In this document: positions 35,001-47,983 of the stretch, in pieces
Position numbering within the stretch: position 1 is the first letter of the stretch
Layout of the letters: each line of letters begins with the position of its first letter
Assembly (NCBI GenBank): GCA_051294375.1
Contig: CM119271.1
Location: 6,356,698-6,420,697 of the forward strand
DNA length: 64,000 bases
Reading direction: 5' to 3'
From: Paraspadella gotoi
Taxonomy: Eukaryota > Animalia > Chaetognatha
Program-made: the position numbers and the translations under genes
The notes under the pieces: model-generated
Told to the model about the DNA's origin: nothing
The model's input: the letters and a program-made list of their open reading frames with translations, nothing else
The model's database searches: none

Positions 35001-37849
35001 AAATGGTATGAAAATTGAATCGGGATGTCAGTTTAACGTAATTTTTTTTCTATTATCATTTCCTAACATCATCACGACAGAATTTGGTTCGCGAAGTTCG
35101 TACCGTGTCGCTAGACTACGTGACGGTGCCCTTGCCTACGGCAGCCAAAATACGCTGGATCGCATCGGAGCTGCAGAGCCGCATGCCGCTGGAAACAGGC
35201 GCGGCAGCGCCTCCCTTATGTCCGAAATCGGAGCTCAATACTACCGCCTTGTCGAAATGTACGAGACGATGTTGCTGAAGAGAGCCGAAAGCTCGCTTGG
35301 CCAGGTGAGTTTTAGTAGTTTTGATTCGGGTGTCGTTCTGTATTTTACTATATGCGGTTCTTATTTTTAGTTAACGGAGACGGATGAAGGAGATTCCGAC
35401 GACGATGTGGCTATTTCTCTCGGCGTGACTCCTTTGGAGGAAAATGTCAAGCTCTCCGAAAACCTCTTGTCATGTGAGGAAAAACCTTCGATACTTCTAC
35501 CTCGGGCAGCGTCTACACCGACCCGTGACAGACCCAAAGGAAGACGACGAGTTTCTAGGTAAAGGACTATTTTTCTGCTTGAGCTTTCAATTTTCTGCTC
35601 AAGAAAATATAATTTTAAGTTGGCGAGATTAGGAATTTGTCGACAAATTGGTCGAAGGGAAAATAATTTTGAAAAAATCGCAATCATTCTATATAACGAT
35701 CTCGACATCTCGTATTGCAGATCCTCGAGCGTCGCCGTTCCATACCAGACTTTCACGAGCGACTTGTTTTCCGACACGCGTCTTCATCACGCCGCGTTTT
35801 GCGCAGTCTTCGTTCTCTCGCTACCGAAAGCAGCTCTGGTGATCATAAGCTTCGTATTCGTCCTGGCCCTTCACTCCCGAACCATTAAACGTTTTCTAAG
35901 TCGTTCATCGATTCGCGGAACTTCCTTGGACTCCCACCTTCGAAGGCCGATTCCGCCAAGGTCAAAGACGGAAAGAAGAAAAAGAAAAAGTCAGGTACTA
36001 AACTGTAAAGGATATGGAGTGAGGCGTTTGCACTTTCGGATTTTTCCGCTTTCCCTACGAAATCCCGCTCTGCTTCCCAGATGGCGTCATATCCTGGAAT
36101 AAGTGGCATTTTTTACAAGTCTAATGCTTGATATCTGGACTCTCTGCAATCTGTGCATACTACTATTTTGTATTAGGTCCTAAGACGTCACATCGCTCCG
36201 TCCCGATACCCGAATGGTGCATTGGTAACGACGACGTACCGTGTGGTAACGTTAGTGGGCCATTTTCCACAAAAAAGAACGACCCCCTTGAAGGAACAAG
36301 TTTCCTTGAAGAAAATGATGGATGGTCTACTCCCATGAGAGGTAAGAAATGGTGGGTCTTCACTCTTCAGACTCTGTAACACGGAATTGTATGTAGTAAA
36401 TCTTAATATGTTAAACAATCTAAACGTCCGGGAAAATGTAAAACAAAACCGTAAACAATACAAAATATAAAATTGTTGGAAAGCAAAACGTCGTTTTATG
36501 CATTATATGAGCATATTATTTTAATACAATGAATAGTTTGCAATTTTTTTTCATTTTATCTCTAAGATTTGGGACGTGTTCCTACGCCACCGTCGTTGGT
36601 TGATCAACCAGAATCCATTTCTTTGTCAACAGTCCCCGAAACCCATTCTCTCCTAACAACTTCCTTGAGCCACGGTAAACTTTTAAAAACATTTTGATGC
36701 TATCAATAAGTTGGTTTGTCGTTTGCCATTTTTGTTCTCTTTTAGCTTATTATAAATATTAATATTTATTTACAGATGATGCTGGGTTGGAACGTTTGAT
36801 TCAATCTCCGACAACACTCCCAGAAATTGAACCGTTGCCTAGCAGCCAATCAGAATCTAGCATTTTGCGTAACCCGTCAACGACTTACGCTGATCATCCT
36901 GGTTCGGCGCTAAAGCCTGGCGTCACCTCCGACTGGTTTGCAGTTTCTCGCAGCGTACAAACAGAAGTCTCCTCTACGCAGGATTCGAGGCTCATTGCGG
37001 GTATAGTTGATATATAGTGATATAGTTAAATTGATTTATTATTTTATATAGCCCTCCATGGTAAATTAATTTTTATCACGCGTACTCCACCAGGAAAGCT
37101 ATTTCACAATCTCCGAGTTTGACCCCCGGAGTACAATAAAATAAACGAGACTATAATTGAAAGCTTGCAGGGTCCTGCAATGTTATCTTGTAAAATATAT
37201 GGAGTCCTTAACCCCCCCCCCCCAGAGCCTGTCCAAAGTCAGGGGCCGGATAGCTTGAATTCGTATTGTACCAATTTCCTAGCCAAATATTTTTGTTTAT
37301 TACTCATTGGCAAACTTACGTTCCTTAAACGACTCACCGTCGCCAATTCTCTGCTTCTCTCTCGTTTCTATAACAGAGAGCGCTCTTCGCGGGGAAGTCA
37401 TCTTTCGTCAGAAACGTGGGCGTCGATCGAGATCGCGGGCCTTTCAAGGAAGCCGAACGTCGTGTCTGGGAACCCCTTCGTCGGGTTCTGGTTGCGTCGG
37501 CCGGAGTCGCAAGTGTCGCTCTTTGATCCTCGACGAGATGTTGGAACGGAGCATTTCTACCGACAGTCGTGATCAAAACATTTTCGAAGGTCGGGTTATT
37601 GGGCACGTCGTATTGCCCCTTTTTTTCACCCCTTGATTTTTATATTTAATTTTTTTCTTCAGGATTCGATCGCAGACCACCCGAGTATCGGGAATTGTTT
37701 CGAGAGATTTTCGCAACTTTAAAAAAATCTGTCGACAAAGGTAAGTTTTTTTATCATCGAAGTGAAAAGTTTAGTGAACATTTGAAAAAGTCCTTCGTTT
37801 TTCAGAAATGGCTCGTCCGCCTACGCCCCCGATGGCCAGCAGCGTCTAG
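32087..37849 (+). CDS. CDR2: CDR2/CDR2L (centrocortin)-like coiled-coil protein, multi-exon
   Basis: WYEYDLQLAAELGKALLERNQDLE near the N-terminus, RIFEQVD, and C-terminal PPEYRELFREIFATLKK match the conserved CDR2-family ends; middle exon structure (35400-37300) only partly resolved. Confidence 0.85.
32233..32472 (+). repeat. Family A repeat, full-length copy (CDR2 intron 1); partial copy at 32818-32870
   Basis: ATGAAATTGGTACAACCAATATAAAAATTATCC ... GAAGTGGAAAATATTTCAAAGAATGTTTCAATTGTA. Confidence 0.92.
33938..34302 (+). repeat. Diverged family A copy split by a ~140-bp insertion carrying a hammerhead-like relic
   Basis: Family A 5' half 33938-34015, 3' half about 34162-34302; insert contains CTGAATA-A-GGCTTG-AAGTCAA-CAAGCC-GAAA-CATGTC. 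Confidence 0.75.
37130..37279 (-). repeat. Diverged family A copy
   Basis: AATAAACGAGACT..TTGAAAGCTTGCAGGG..CCTGTCCAAAGTCAGGGGC..TTGTACCAATTTC. Confidence 0.8.
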
Positions 37850-39193
37850 AATGTGGTTTCGATCAAATGAGGGATAATTTGCCTTTTTTTTTTCGTCGAC
37901 GTTTGTCTTGCAGCGTCACGTTCTTTTGCATTCCATAGTTTTAGAATCTATTTATTTTATACCTTTTCTCACACGAATTTATTTTTCACTTTTATTTTTA
38001 ACGCGAGACCATTTATTTCCCTCTTTTTTCCGACTCAACGGAATCTAGGCATCACTGGTCATTTTCGCGTAACTGCCCCTTTTAAACGCTTTTTAACACG
38101 TGATCTCGTATCTCCAAGTATTATTATATAATTAATTATTATTAATTAATAATAATAATAATTATTATTAGAACTTTCCAAAGAATTACAATTTACAATT
38201 ACAATTTTATGGTAGTTCGAGTCAAAAAAGCATACATTCTGTAAACAAATATTGATTTATTCTACATTTTGCTGAGATTCGAAAGCTACACACGCAATTT
38301 ATTTTTTATTGAATCATGTTCAAAGGTTGGCTATTTACGACAGTTACAAAATTAAAAATTTTGTTTTAAGATTTTAAATTACTACTGGTATTTTAATAAA
38401 ATTACTGCGATTTTTAAGCTGCAGTTATACTTATAGTTATACCATTTATTAACCATTTTAGGAATTAAGCCAGTACGAAAACCTATCAACGCACCTTGTT
38501 GGCTTGCATTAAAATGTAAATTTTTGGTTATCAAAATTAAACATTCGCTTTCAACAACAATAAACTTCAACTACATAAGCAAATGACAATGCTTTTAAAT
38601 ACTCAAATAAGTTTGATTGGTCATTCTAGTATTTCTACCCATTAACAAATAATGAACACTAAATTTAAAAAAAAATATTGTCCTTCACCTATTTAACATA
38701 GGTATTGTAGAGTGATGTATTAGCGTCCCGGAAGCTGCAGCCGTCCGCCGTCGGTTCGGAAGTTTTGGAACAACACATACCAGAGCGCTTTGGACCAAAG
38801 ATACCGAAAAGTTTGGTCACTCTCTTTTCGGTAGGAATAATTGAATCCGGGTTGCTAATTAATTTTTTTTTAATTGCTAACAATTGCATTGTTTTACACA
38901 ACGGGTTCCTTACACTTTTTCGTAGAAATTTATCTCATTTTGTTTATCGGCTGACTCAAATTTAATTTTGTTTATGGACGCTTTATATTCGTGTTTTACT
39001 CACTCGTTAAATTACCATTCTCATATTTACGCGAGCTTTATTTTTCGTGTTTTTCTTTTTTGGCGCTTATTGTTTATTTCGGTTTCAATATTTTTACACA
39101 GCAAAATATTTTCAGGAGCGACGCGGAAAAAAAAACCGTATTGGTAATAAGCCGAACCAAAAATAGTTAAAAAAAAACAAACCAGAAACCAAA

Positions 39194-42118
39194 ATGGCAT
39201 CAGGTGAAAAACGATGCTTCATCTACGGACATGAGATGCAGAAAGTGGCGGAGGCGAAGTCAGAAACGGAGAAGCGAAGAGAACTCGATGCAATCCGCTT
39301 CAACGATGGAGCCAAAGAGCTCGTCAAGCAGCGACTTCCCGAAATCGGTACGATACCTGAGTACTCTGTATGATATCAGAAACTGACACCAAAGAAATCA
39401 CTAATACTTGACGTCACTCCTCAGGTTACCTCTGGCACGCTTCGCGAGCAACGTGCCTCATCGAGATAAATCTTGAACTCGAATTGACCGGGGAGGACAT
39501 CGTAGACACTCTCAATACTGCTGACGAGGAATTGCACCTTCTCTTTCCCTCCTTAACTCCGCCCGACTGCATCCGGCTGAAAAAAACGCTTGCGGAGAAG
39601 AAGCCGCAGTTTGAGCAGGTAGGAGACCTTTTTTGTTTACATATGTTATGTGCCATGCCTTTTCCTAATGCCCCGTCTGTTTAAACTCAACCAACGCAGC
39701 AATTGAAAGACAACGACGGAATCGCCGTAGTTCCCATATCCTACTGCGGCAACGGTATTCACGTGAGGGAAGGTTGGATTCTTACCGACGCTCGACTTTG
39801 CGGCACAGCGGTGAGACCGACGACCATTCTGATTCCAAGAAATAACTTTTTTCTTGTAATAATAATAATAATAATACCTAATTACCAATTTTGTCTTTAT
39901 CTTAGATCCAAGCTCATAACGCTACGTTTACTTTCCTGTCGGGCGAAGAGGGAAGCACCAAGAAGAAGCCTCTCATCTTCGAACCTGCCGAACGCTTCGT
40001 CTTCAGTTTTCGCGCTAAGAACTCGGAGCTCAAGTATCTTGAAAACCGGAGTCCCTTCATGGCCTTTGTCAAACTGGGAGTTCAGGTTTGCTTAAGACCA
40101 ATTGATATGCCAGGTTGCGTTAGAATCGACATAACTTTAATTCTGTCTTTTACGATATGGAACAAGGTGACGCAAGATCGCGGAGTCGACGACTTCCTCG
40201 ACTGGGAGTTGACGGAACAGCAGCTCATTGTCGACAACGAGATTCCGCAATTTGACGTGCCCCAGTTCAACGACCTTGACAAGGATGACAAGAAATACTC
40301 CATCGTTCAACTCGTCGCTCCCGGTGTTAAAGGTTAGAGGTCGATTTTTTTCTCGATCCAATACGTCGCCAACTCTAAAGTTTGTCCCACTCTTCGTCAG
40401 GCGCCACTCCGACTCCGCCTAGCGTTTGCGCTTCTCTCGTCGATCCGAAAGACATCAAGGTGGTATTGCCGGAGTTAGGACCCTGCATCATGTACGAGTT
40501 GGAGGACTCGAAGCGCTACTTGTCTCAATCCGGTGCCATCGTCTTTTACACCGAGGGCGATAAGTTTAGGCTAACCGGATTTATCTTCAACGACACTGTA
40601 GACCCGCTCAAGCACCCTAAGGACTCGTTTACTAAATACAACCAAATCCTTCCTTTTCCGGGTATGAATTTTCATTTTTGCCCTAAACAGATTATTAGTA
40701 GTCAGTAGATAAAATGTATTTAATACTATGTTACTGTCTTTCGTTAGGCGATCTACTTCACATTTTCGAAAACGCCAAAAACTTCATGTTAAACCGAACC
40801 GGAGAAACTCTCACTGAAGGCACCAGTCTCCAATACAACTACCGCGCGATGGCCGAGTTCACCAAGTCTCAAATGGTGGCATCACTGGGTGAGTGTTTCC
40901 AAAAAATGTCATAACTGATTGTCCAGCGAGGCGAGATATTTTTTAATTCGGTTTTTTTAGGTGGAACTTATGACATCAACTTCGCTCATCCAAAACTGGA
41001 TGAAGGGTTTTCTCACGCTGCCTGTGTTGATACATCTGCGTTTTTTGCTCAGGTAAGAAAATAATTTATTTGTCACTTTTATGTGCATTACTCTATTGGA
41101 GTACTATTTTTCTATACTAATCATACGCTTCTCTAATAGTCTTTCAGCGAATGTTTCATTATGATTGTGCTTAAAATAAACTTCCGCTTTTGTTTAAGGG
41201 GCTATAAGTTTTGAAGCCTTGGAAGCCCCGCTGTTAATTAAAGGTAGTTACAATTTCTTTTACTTATAAATTTGTCTGTATTCGGAACATTGCTATTGCT
41301 AACAGAATAAATCACGTTTTAGTTATACCATATATTTTCTATTTATAATTGTATTTATATATAAATTTTTACAATTAATGCAATCAGGTTCTATAAAAAT
41401 TACATAAATTGAATTCCAAATCAGAAAATCACTTCTTACGACTTACGACTTAATACGAGTTAAGATATAATCAAGATTTAAAAAAAAAAATTAAAACCTA
41501 GGCTAGAAGTCTACTTGGAGGCATTTTTTTCCCCGTTTCGAGTTTTATTACATATTTCGGCTTTTGCTTTATACGTAATCCGTATATATATATATAGATA
41601 TATCTATAAATTTGTATTACTTTTAACCACGAAGCTGCGATTAAGTTGTACTTTGTGTTTTATTTAATCAAATTTGTCATTGCATCAGTGTGACATGGAA
41701 ATTATAGAGCGCAAGCACAGCAATGAAAATTTTATTCGCGTTTACGTATATGTACGTGTTAAATAAGTTTTTTTGCAGAAAAATGAAAGCAAATTGTCCT
41801 TTCAATTTCTTTCTACGTCGTCGTTCGGGAATTTCTGTACTATAGCCAAAAAAAAAAATTAAAACTGATTAGCCTAATCAATTAAAATTTTGTAATTCTG
41901 CATTGATATTATTCATATAATGGCATTATGTAACTAGAGAAAGATTAGTTTGCACATATGCATGTAAAACCAAATTACAAGAAAATTAACTGAAAATTGA
42001 CGGAGTATCTCTTAGTAAAACCTAATTTCTTTTTCTTATATGATTGGTTTTTGCCTTTTATTTTTAGGAAGCGTCTGGAATCGACCCATCGATTTTGACC
42101 CAACCGCCTCCCGAATGA
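39194..42118 (+). CDS. Uncharacterised multi-exon protein with a probable degenerate trypsin-like (PA clan) fold
   Basis: About 9 exons join in frame through GT-AG introns with strong GC3 codon bias; segments CGNGIHVREGWILTD, AHNATFTF, MAFVKLG, SIVQ, IMYE, SQSGAIVFY..FRLTGF occur in the order of trypsin-like peptidase motifs. Gene is secure, fold is tentative. Confidence 0.75.
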
Positions 42119-43599
42119 GAAATCGGATTTTCGAATTTAATTGTTTGTTGTTTTCACAAAATTTTTAGCGACGTTAGACTTCGAAGTCACCGCTAGTCAA
42201 GTAGTGACCTTATTTTCGCACTTAAAATTTTAAAAAACTTTTGAAGTTTTTTTTGTTTTTTCTAGACTTAACGTTCGAGCGATTTATTCATTTTTATCTT
42301 TTTCATATCTCTCCGACGGATCGCATGTTTTATAGATAAATATGTTTATTTTAAAAGATTTTATTAAATGATAAATCCACTGTAAAAACTTATCCGCAAA
42401 AAATCTGCGACTTATTTTTTATTTTTAAATTATTGTTCGACTAACATTCTAATCTAGTTTTTTCGATGTTTCTAAAAGTGCCTTTCCCAAAAATATTGAA
42501 AATATCGGTCTAAAATCTACATGTATACTAATAAGTGCTTACTTAGTGCTGTCTTCAATCCGTTCTATCGATTGTATGAACAGCAAAATCTATATCCAAG
42601 CGCTAGTCAAGTGTTCGCTTTTACAAAAAAGTTACCATGTTCTACACCTTTAAAAGCTGAGGTGGGGTCAGCTTTTATATATTTAGAACACCATTGTACT
42701 TTGTTCGGTTTTATTGGCATCGCTTTTGTTTTATTTTTACCTTATCTAGTTTTTTTCTATTTGGAAATAGAATGACTTATTATTATTATTCGTCTTATCT
42801 TGGTTTAAAGATATAAATCAAATGGCTGATAAGCAAGTAGTCAGAATTAAGTACATTTGTTTAGTTACGTACAGCGGAATGATTTATTAATTATAATGTA
42901 TTAACCGAACGATTAGTATTTATTTAATTTTATCATAATGTATTTTCAAAGGTATTAAATGAGGTTATTGTTTCCAGTTACAGTCGAGTCAGAATAATTC
43001 CGTAAGATATTCGCCTCGGTCTCCACCAAAAGATAAAATTCTCCAGGTTTTATGAATATACTTGACCCGTCGGTTTCATCAGCAGCGAAGGAAAAAAAAA
43101 AACCATGATTGGGCGCAGAAGAGCAAACGAGAATCGATGCTTCTCTCGGGAATGGGGCTTTTCCTTCAGCCGGAAACCTATTGATTCGCCGGGGGAAAAA
43201 GATATACCAAATAACCGTTCCTATTTTTGGGTGTTAAATGGCCATTGGTTCACGGGTGGAAAGAAAGCTTGTATTTTGATGGTAATTTGGAGAACTATGG
43301 CTTGTTATTTTATACTAATGAAATGATTTTAAAAATGTTCCATGACATTGATATATAAATTTTAAACTAAATTTAAAAAAAATAAAAAGCTCGTAGGATT
43401 TTGCTATTATCTTGTGATTGGGACTGTCTTTAATTAAACAAAGCCCGTGTCGTAGTGGGGCGCAAAGAGTGTGTTATGTAATTATTTTTTTGGTTTTCTG
43501 TAATTGTAAACTTAATTATTATAACACCTTTTTCCCCTTCTACCCATAAATTAAAAAAGTATTTGATGATTTCTTAGAAATTGTTTAAAAGAAAAGAAA

Positions 43600-44990
43600 A
43601 TGCCTCTTACTATATACGGTCATGCCTGCAGCGCCTTGATCATTTCTATCGTTGCCTTTAATCTTGTCGGACTTTACTTTATTTTGAGCAAACGCGGACA
43701 ACAGGTACTAGCGATAGAAAGATAGAAATATTTTCCACTTCATTGATAGGGAAGCCAGGTACTCTGGGAGTGAATAAACGAGACTGTGAGAGAGTCTTGA
43801 TTGAAAGCTTGCAGGGACCTGCTATATCATTATCTTGTAAGAGTGATGGAGGCCTTAAACCACCAAAGCCTGTCCAAAGTCAGGGGCAAGATGGCTTATT
43901 TATTAAATGAATGGATAATTTTTATATTGGTTGTACCAATTTCATAAAAGAAGTATCTGGCATAAACTCACTATTTTCCATAGTTTGACGTCGCGTGGTT
44001 TCTGCACGAAGTGTCTCCCTATTTCTTTGCGTGTCTCGGCGTTTCCTTCTCCATCTTCCTTTCGGTTTTCGGCGCTGCCGCGGGAATCTACACCATTGGC
44101 GCCAGCATCATGGGCGGTGGCGTGAAAGCGCCGAGAATCAAGACGAAAAATTTGATCAGTATTATTTTCTGCGAAGCCGTCGCCATTTACGGAATTATCC
44201 TCGCCATCGTCATGGGCACTATGATCAAGGATCTTGAGTAATCTTTTTGAAGGGGGTGTTGCTTTTTTTGTCAATATTTTTAATTGTCCACTTTCATTAT
44301 TTACTGAGAGAAAAAGTGAGAGATCGAGTGAGATTGAGAAAAAGCTATTAAATCTAATTAAATACATGTCTGGCGGTATATTCACACCGCCTCACCGGCT
44401 TCATTTTGGCTCAGAAGGGGTACGCACCATCCCTAGCGTTGCGTTCCATCCAGTCTTCCCTCTGTGTTGGCAAAGCGAGACCGTCCTTGGGTAACCGCGC
44501 CAGTGACAGGTGGTTTTACTGAGGGTCGGAAGCCCCCAAAGCCAACTGAGATGCCACATCCCAAAGGAAATCACAGGCAACCCGGCTGTTGCCATACATG
44601 TATAATAAGTTAAAAACGGTGAAACCTGTTACTTTTCTGATAATCTAATGTATTTAAACATTCAGTCGAAAAACCGCAACACCAGAAAAAATAAATGCCA
44701 ACTATTACTCCGGTTTCGCAATCTTGGGTGGCGGGCTAACGGTCGGCATCTGCAATTTGGTCTGTGGAATTTCTGTGGGTATTGTCGGATCCGGCGCGGC
44801 GCTTGCCGATGCTCAGGTTAATTTAAAATGAGCTAATGACAGGCGTTGATGAAATCAATACAATGGTTTTATCTCACAGGATGGTTCTTTGTTCGTCAAA
44901 ATGATCGTCGTTGAAATCTTTGCATCAGTCATTGGGCTTTTCGGAATTATCGTAGCCCTCATTCAAATTTCTAAAGCTAAAATGGGATAG
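43600..44990 (+). CDS. ATP6V0B: V-type ATPase 21-kDa proteolipid subunit c'' (VMA16), 4 exons
   Basis: [88 protein letters not shown]; exons 43600-43704, 43984-44237, 44666-44816, 44880-44990. Confidence 0.96.
43722..43945 (-). repeat. Family A repeat, full-length inverted copy (ATP6V0B intron 1)
   Basis: Reverse complement of 32233-32455 with few differences. Confidence 0.92.
44370..44593. mobile_element. GC-rich 224-bp insertion flanked by an 8-bp direct repeat (ATP6V0B intron 2)
   Basis: ATACATGT at 44362-44369 and 44594-44601; terminal hairpins GGCGGT..ACCGCC and GGCAAC..GTTGCC. Confidence 0.6.
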
Positions 44991-45628
44991 TGAGAATTAA
45001 TATTTCTTATTTCTGTATTGAACAATTTTATATTTCGAATACAATAATTTCCTGTTTACGGTCCGAAATGATTTTTGTCATTTACTGATTTTAGGGTTTC
45101 GGATATCAGCATTTAAAGAAATTAATCTCGTAAAAGTTAAGGCAGTCCTGCTCTCAATTTTTTGTATTCCGCCCGTTTGGGATCTCGACCCCCTTTTTCC
45201 CGTCCAATCTGTAGATTCTCGCCCCCAACCCCCCCCCCACCAGTTTCCAATTCCCCATTTATTCCACGTCATCCTTCGGCGTGTCATTACGCCGAAGGCC
45301 ACAACAGGTTGAAGTCGTCCCACGGTCCTAGTCACGCGTGCCGCATAACGAAATGACGGCCGAGGAAGAGAGGAAAAACCCGCTTTAATATTGGAATTTT
45401 AAAATACAGACGGTGCCATCTTTTTGAAAAAGAAAAAAAACTTAGGGTTAGGAAAAATGCGGAACAAACTTATTTTTATTTATGCACTAGAATTCGTTTG
45501 TTCCATGGTATGCGGAAGCCTGAGACTGGCCTGATTGTAGCGGATTTGATGGTTTCCTACGTCCTACGTCCTACGGCCTTTTCATCCTACCCGTTTTCCT
45601 ATCCTCTCATTCCCTTCTAATTCTATCA

Positions 45629-46590
45629 GCCGCTCCCTCTTCGTCTATCAACCGCTGCTGCGGGTTTGGCCTCGACGATGCGCGCCGGGAAGTTTCGACG
45701 CGGTCGGAATCGGCCGGCGCGGCGCGACCGGCCGTCCTTCCTCGCCGACGTTGATGACGCCCTCCCCCGCGCGGGGGGCTCCACTCTTCTCGAGGGCGAC
45801 TTCGACGAGCGACCTTCCCTCGGCGGAGGAGCCTTAATTGAGTTGGGTGGCGCCGGTTTTCTCGGGGTTACGGCACCGACGCTTCTAATTTAAAAAATAG
45901 AATAAACTATAAAGCTGGCGTGATGTTAAAATTTTTATTTTGTCCTTGCGCTGGATGGATTTCTTAGCAAAGCAAATGTTTGAATGTTATGGGATAATTT
46001 AGAACTAATTGACTAATTGAGGAGTTCAGTTCATCCACTGATTTTGGTGACGTATTTGATATTCATGACGCATTTAGTGAATGTACCGTATGTCATGCCT
46101 AGTTGCCTATGGCCTAATCCATTCGTACAATTGTATATTTTCTCTCGTTTTCAAAAGAGAGGGAGGGGCTTGATAGCGTAAGGGAAAATTATTCCTTTTT
46201 TTTTTGGAGAAAGCGAAGTCACCTTTCGCTTAACCCCTTTCCTCATCATTTACTTGTTGTTGATCAATGACCTGTATTTGACCACATGGAAGGATGGAAG
46301 GCAATCGGAATGATATGAATAATTATAATACGAAGTCTTGTTATGAAATAATTTTTGATAATAGTTAACGTGTACCAATTTTACTGTTAAAGTCGGAAAT
46401 TGAACGAGGCCCCAACATAACGGCGGATAAAACACTTCACCCTTTTGACTACCAGAAGTGGGCCCGACCGAAGTTTGCCTCTACGGTCGACCTCCGTCCC
46501 TCGACTCGCGACCCCGCGCGGCAAGAAACCTGTCCCTTTCGTGACCTTGACCGGTTGACCACCACGAATTTCCGTCGTTGCTCTTTTTTC
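45629..46590 (-). other. GC-rich exon-like islands with Arg/Pro-rich open frames; gene model unresolved
   Basis: Two GC-rich blocks (45629-45884, 46440-46590) preceded on the minus strand by AG acceptors; further donor-like sites at 46659, 46708, 47280; exons could not be joined into one convincing frame. Confidence 0.35.
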
Positions 46591-47983
46591 TAAAAATAAC
46601 AACGAAACAGTAAAATTCTTAATCAGTGATAATGTAATTCTAATTGTACAATGTACACCTACCGTGTGTTTATCTTTCCTTTAGAAAAAAAAAATATCCA
46701 ACTCTCACCGGCTTTGGTCTCACGGGAAGTGGATTTTGAATGTTTGCGGAGGAGTTATGGCACGTCTGCCTCCATTTTTCCCTATTCTCCCCTCAGTTAA
46801 AGGTCATCCAACCCCTTTCAGTTTCCTCTTTTCTCTTCCGATCGGATCCGTTTTTCTATCCTCTTGCCATTTTAAAAATCCTCGTTTCTTTTCACGTATC
46901 GATATTTTTTTTTTTTGGTAGAATTTGTAACCTATTTTATAACAGTACCTAACGTCCAACTTGAGAGTATATGCTAATCAGCCTACTAGTAAGCATGGAT
47001 CCGCGGATCATTTCACAGCTGGTTGGGCTTCGGATTCTCTGCGGCCGCAAGAGGGAGCGTTTTGATAGAAAAGAATTAGCACGATCATGTGTGGAAGAGG
47101 TTATAGTTTAAGAAAGTGCTCTCTTTTTTTATTCACCGGTACCGGAAGATCAATCTTGCAGTAAAATTAAAAGCAAAACAGTTCATCCTAAGTTAATTTT
47201 TAAAACAGAAACGCCACACTTTTTATGGGTTCTTTGGTGACAACGACAACAAGAACAACCTTAACGACTGTTGAACTTACCTAAATCGTGACCTTCGAGT
47301 ACGACTGAAGGTCAAATAGTTAACCGACCACTTGATTCGTTTTGACTCTTATTGTTATTTTTACTATTGTCTTTTCTCTTTTTGATATCGTCGTTTTTCT
47401 CTCTGAAAATTATTTTGATCATGACATATTCAATATATATGATATTGTAAATATATTCGTGAAACGTCTTCTTATTTTTTCTTCAAATTCTTACCAAGTC
47501 ATTTACCAAAGTTCCTACTTTTTTCGTGAAGTTTCGATCATTCATTCTTTGTTCCTCTCTATTGTTCTTTTCTTCTTTTTCCAATTCTAATGAAATTTAG
47601 TATTTACATAGGGCGATAAACGCTTCTTTTTCTTTCTTTATCTCTCTCTCTTCTCTCTCGTCTCTCTTCTCTCTCCTCTAATCTCTGCTCACTCTGCCTC
47701 TCTTCTCATCTCTCTCTTCCTCTCGTGTTTCATCGCTTCGCCGGTTTTTGCTGCAAGTAGAAAATTCCATCGACGTCGGGAACCGGGGTCAAAAAAGGAC
47801 AGAATGAGGATAAAACTGGAGAGTGAGGACAAGATCGGGAAATGTTGGGGATGGGTTGGGAAAATGACCTGTACAACTACTGCCGTGTTTAATAATAGGA
47901 GAGAATTAGAAAATTAAAAAAAAATTATTATGATGACTGTAGACAACTGGGTAGGACACAATGAAAAATAATGTGGCGAAAAC

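Noticed and set aside
1244-37849. TIA-1, CNOT6 and CDR2 as a functional mRNA-control cluster or operon
   Set aside because: Different strands, unrelated genes interspersed, and no sequence evidence of co-transcription.
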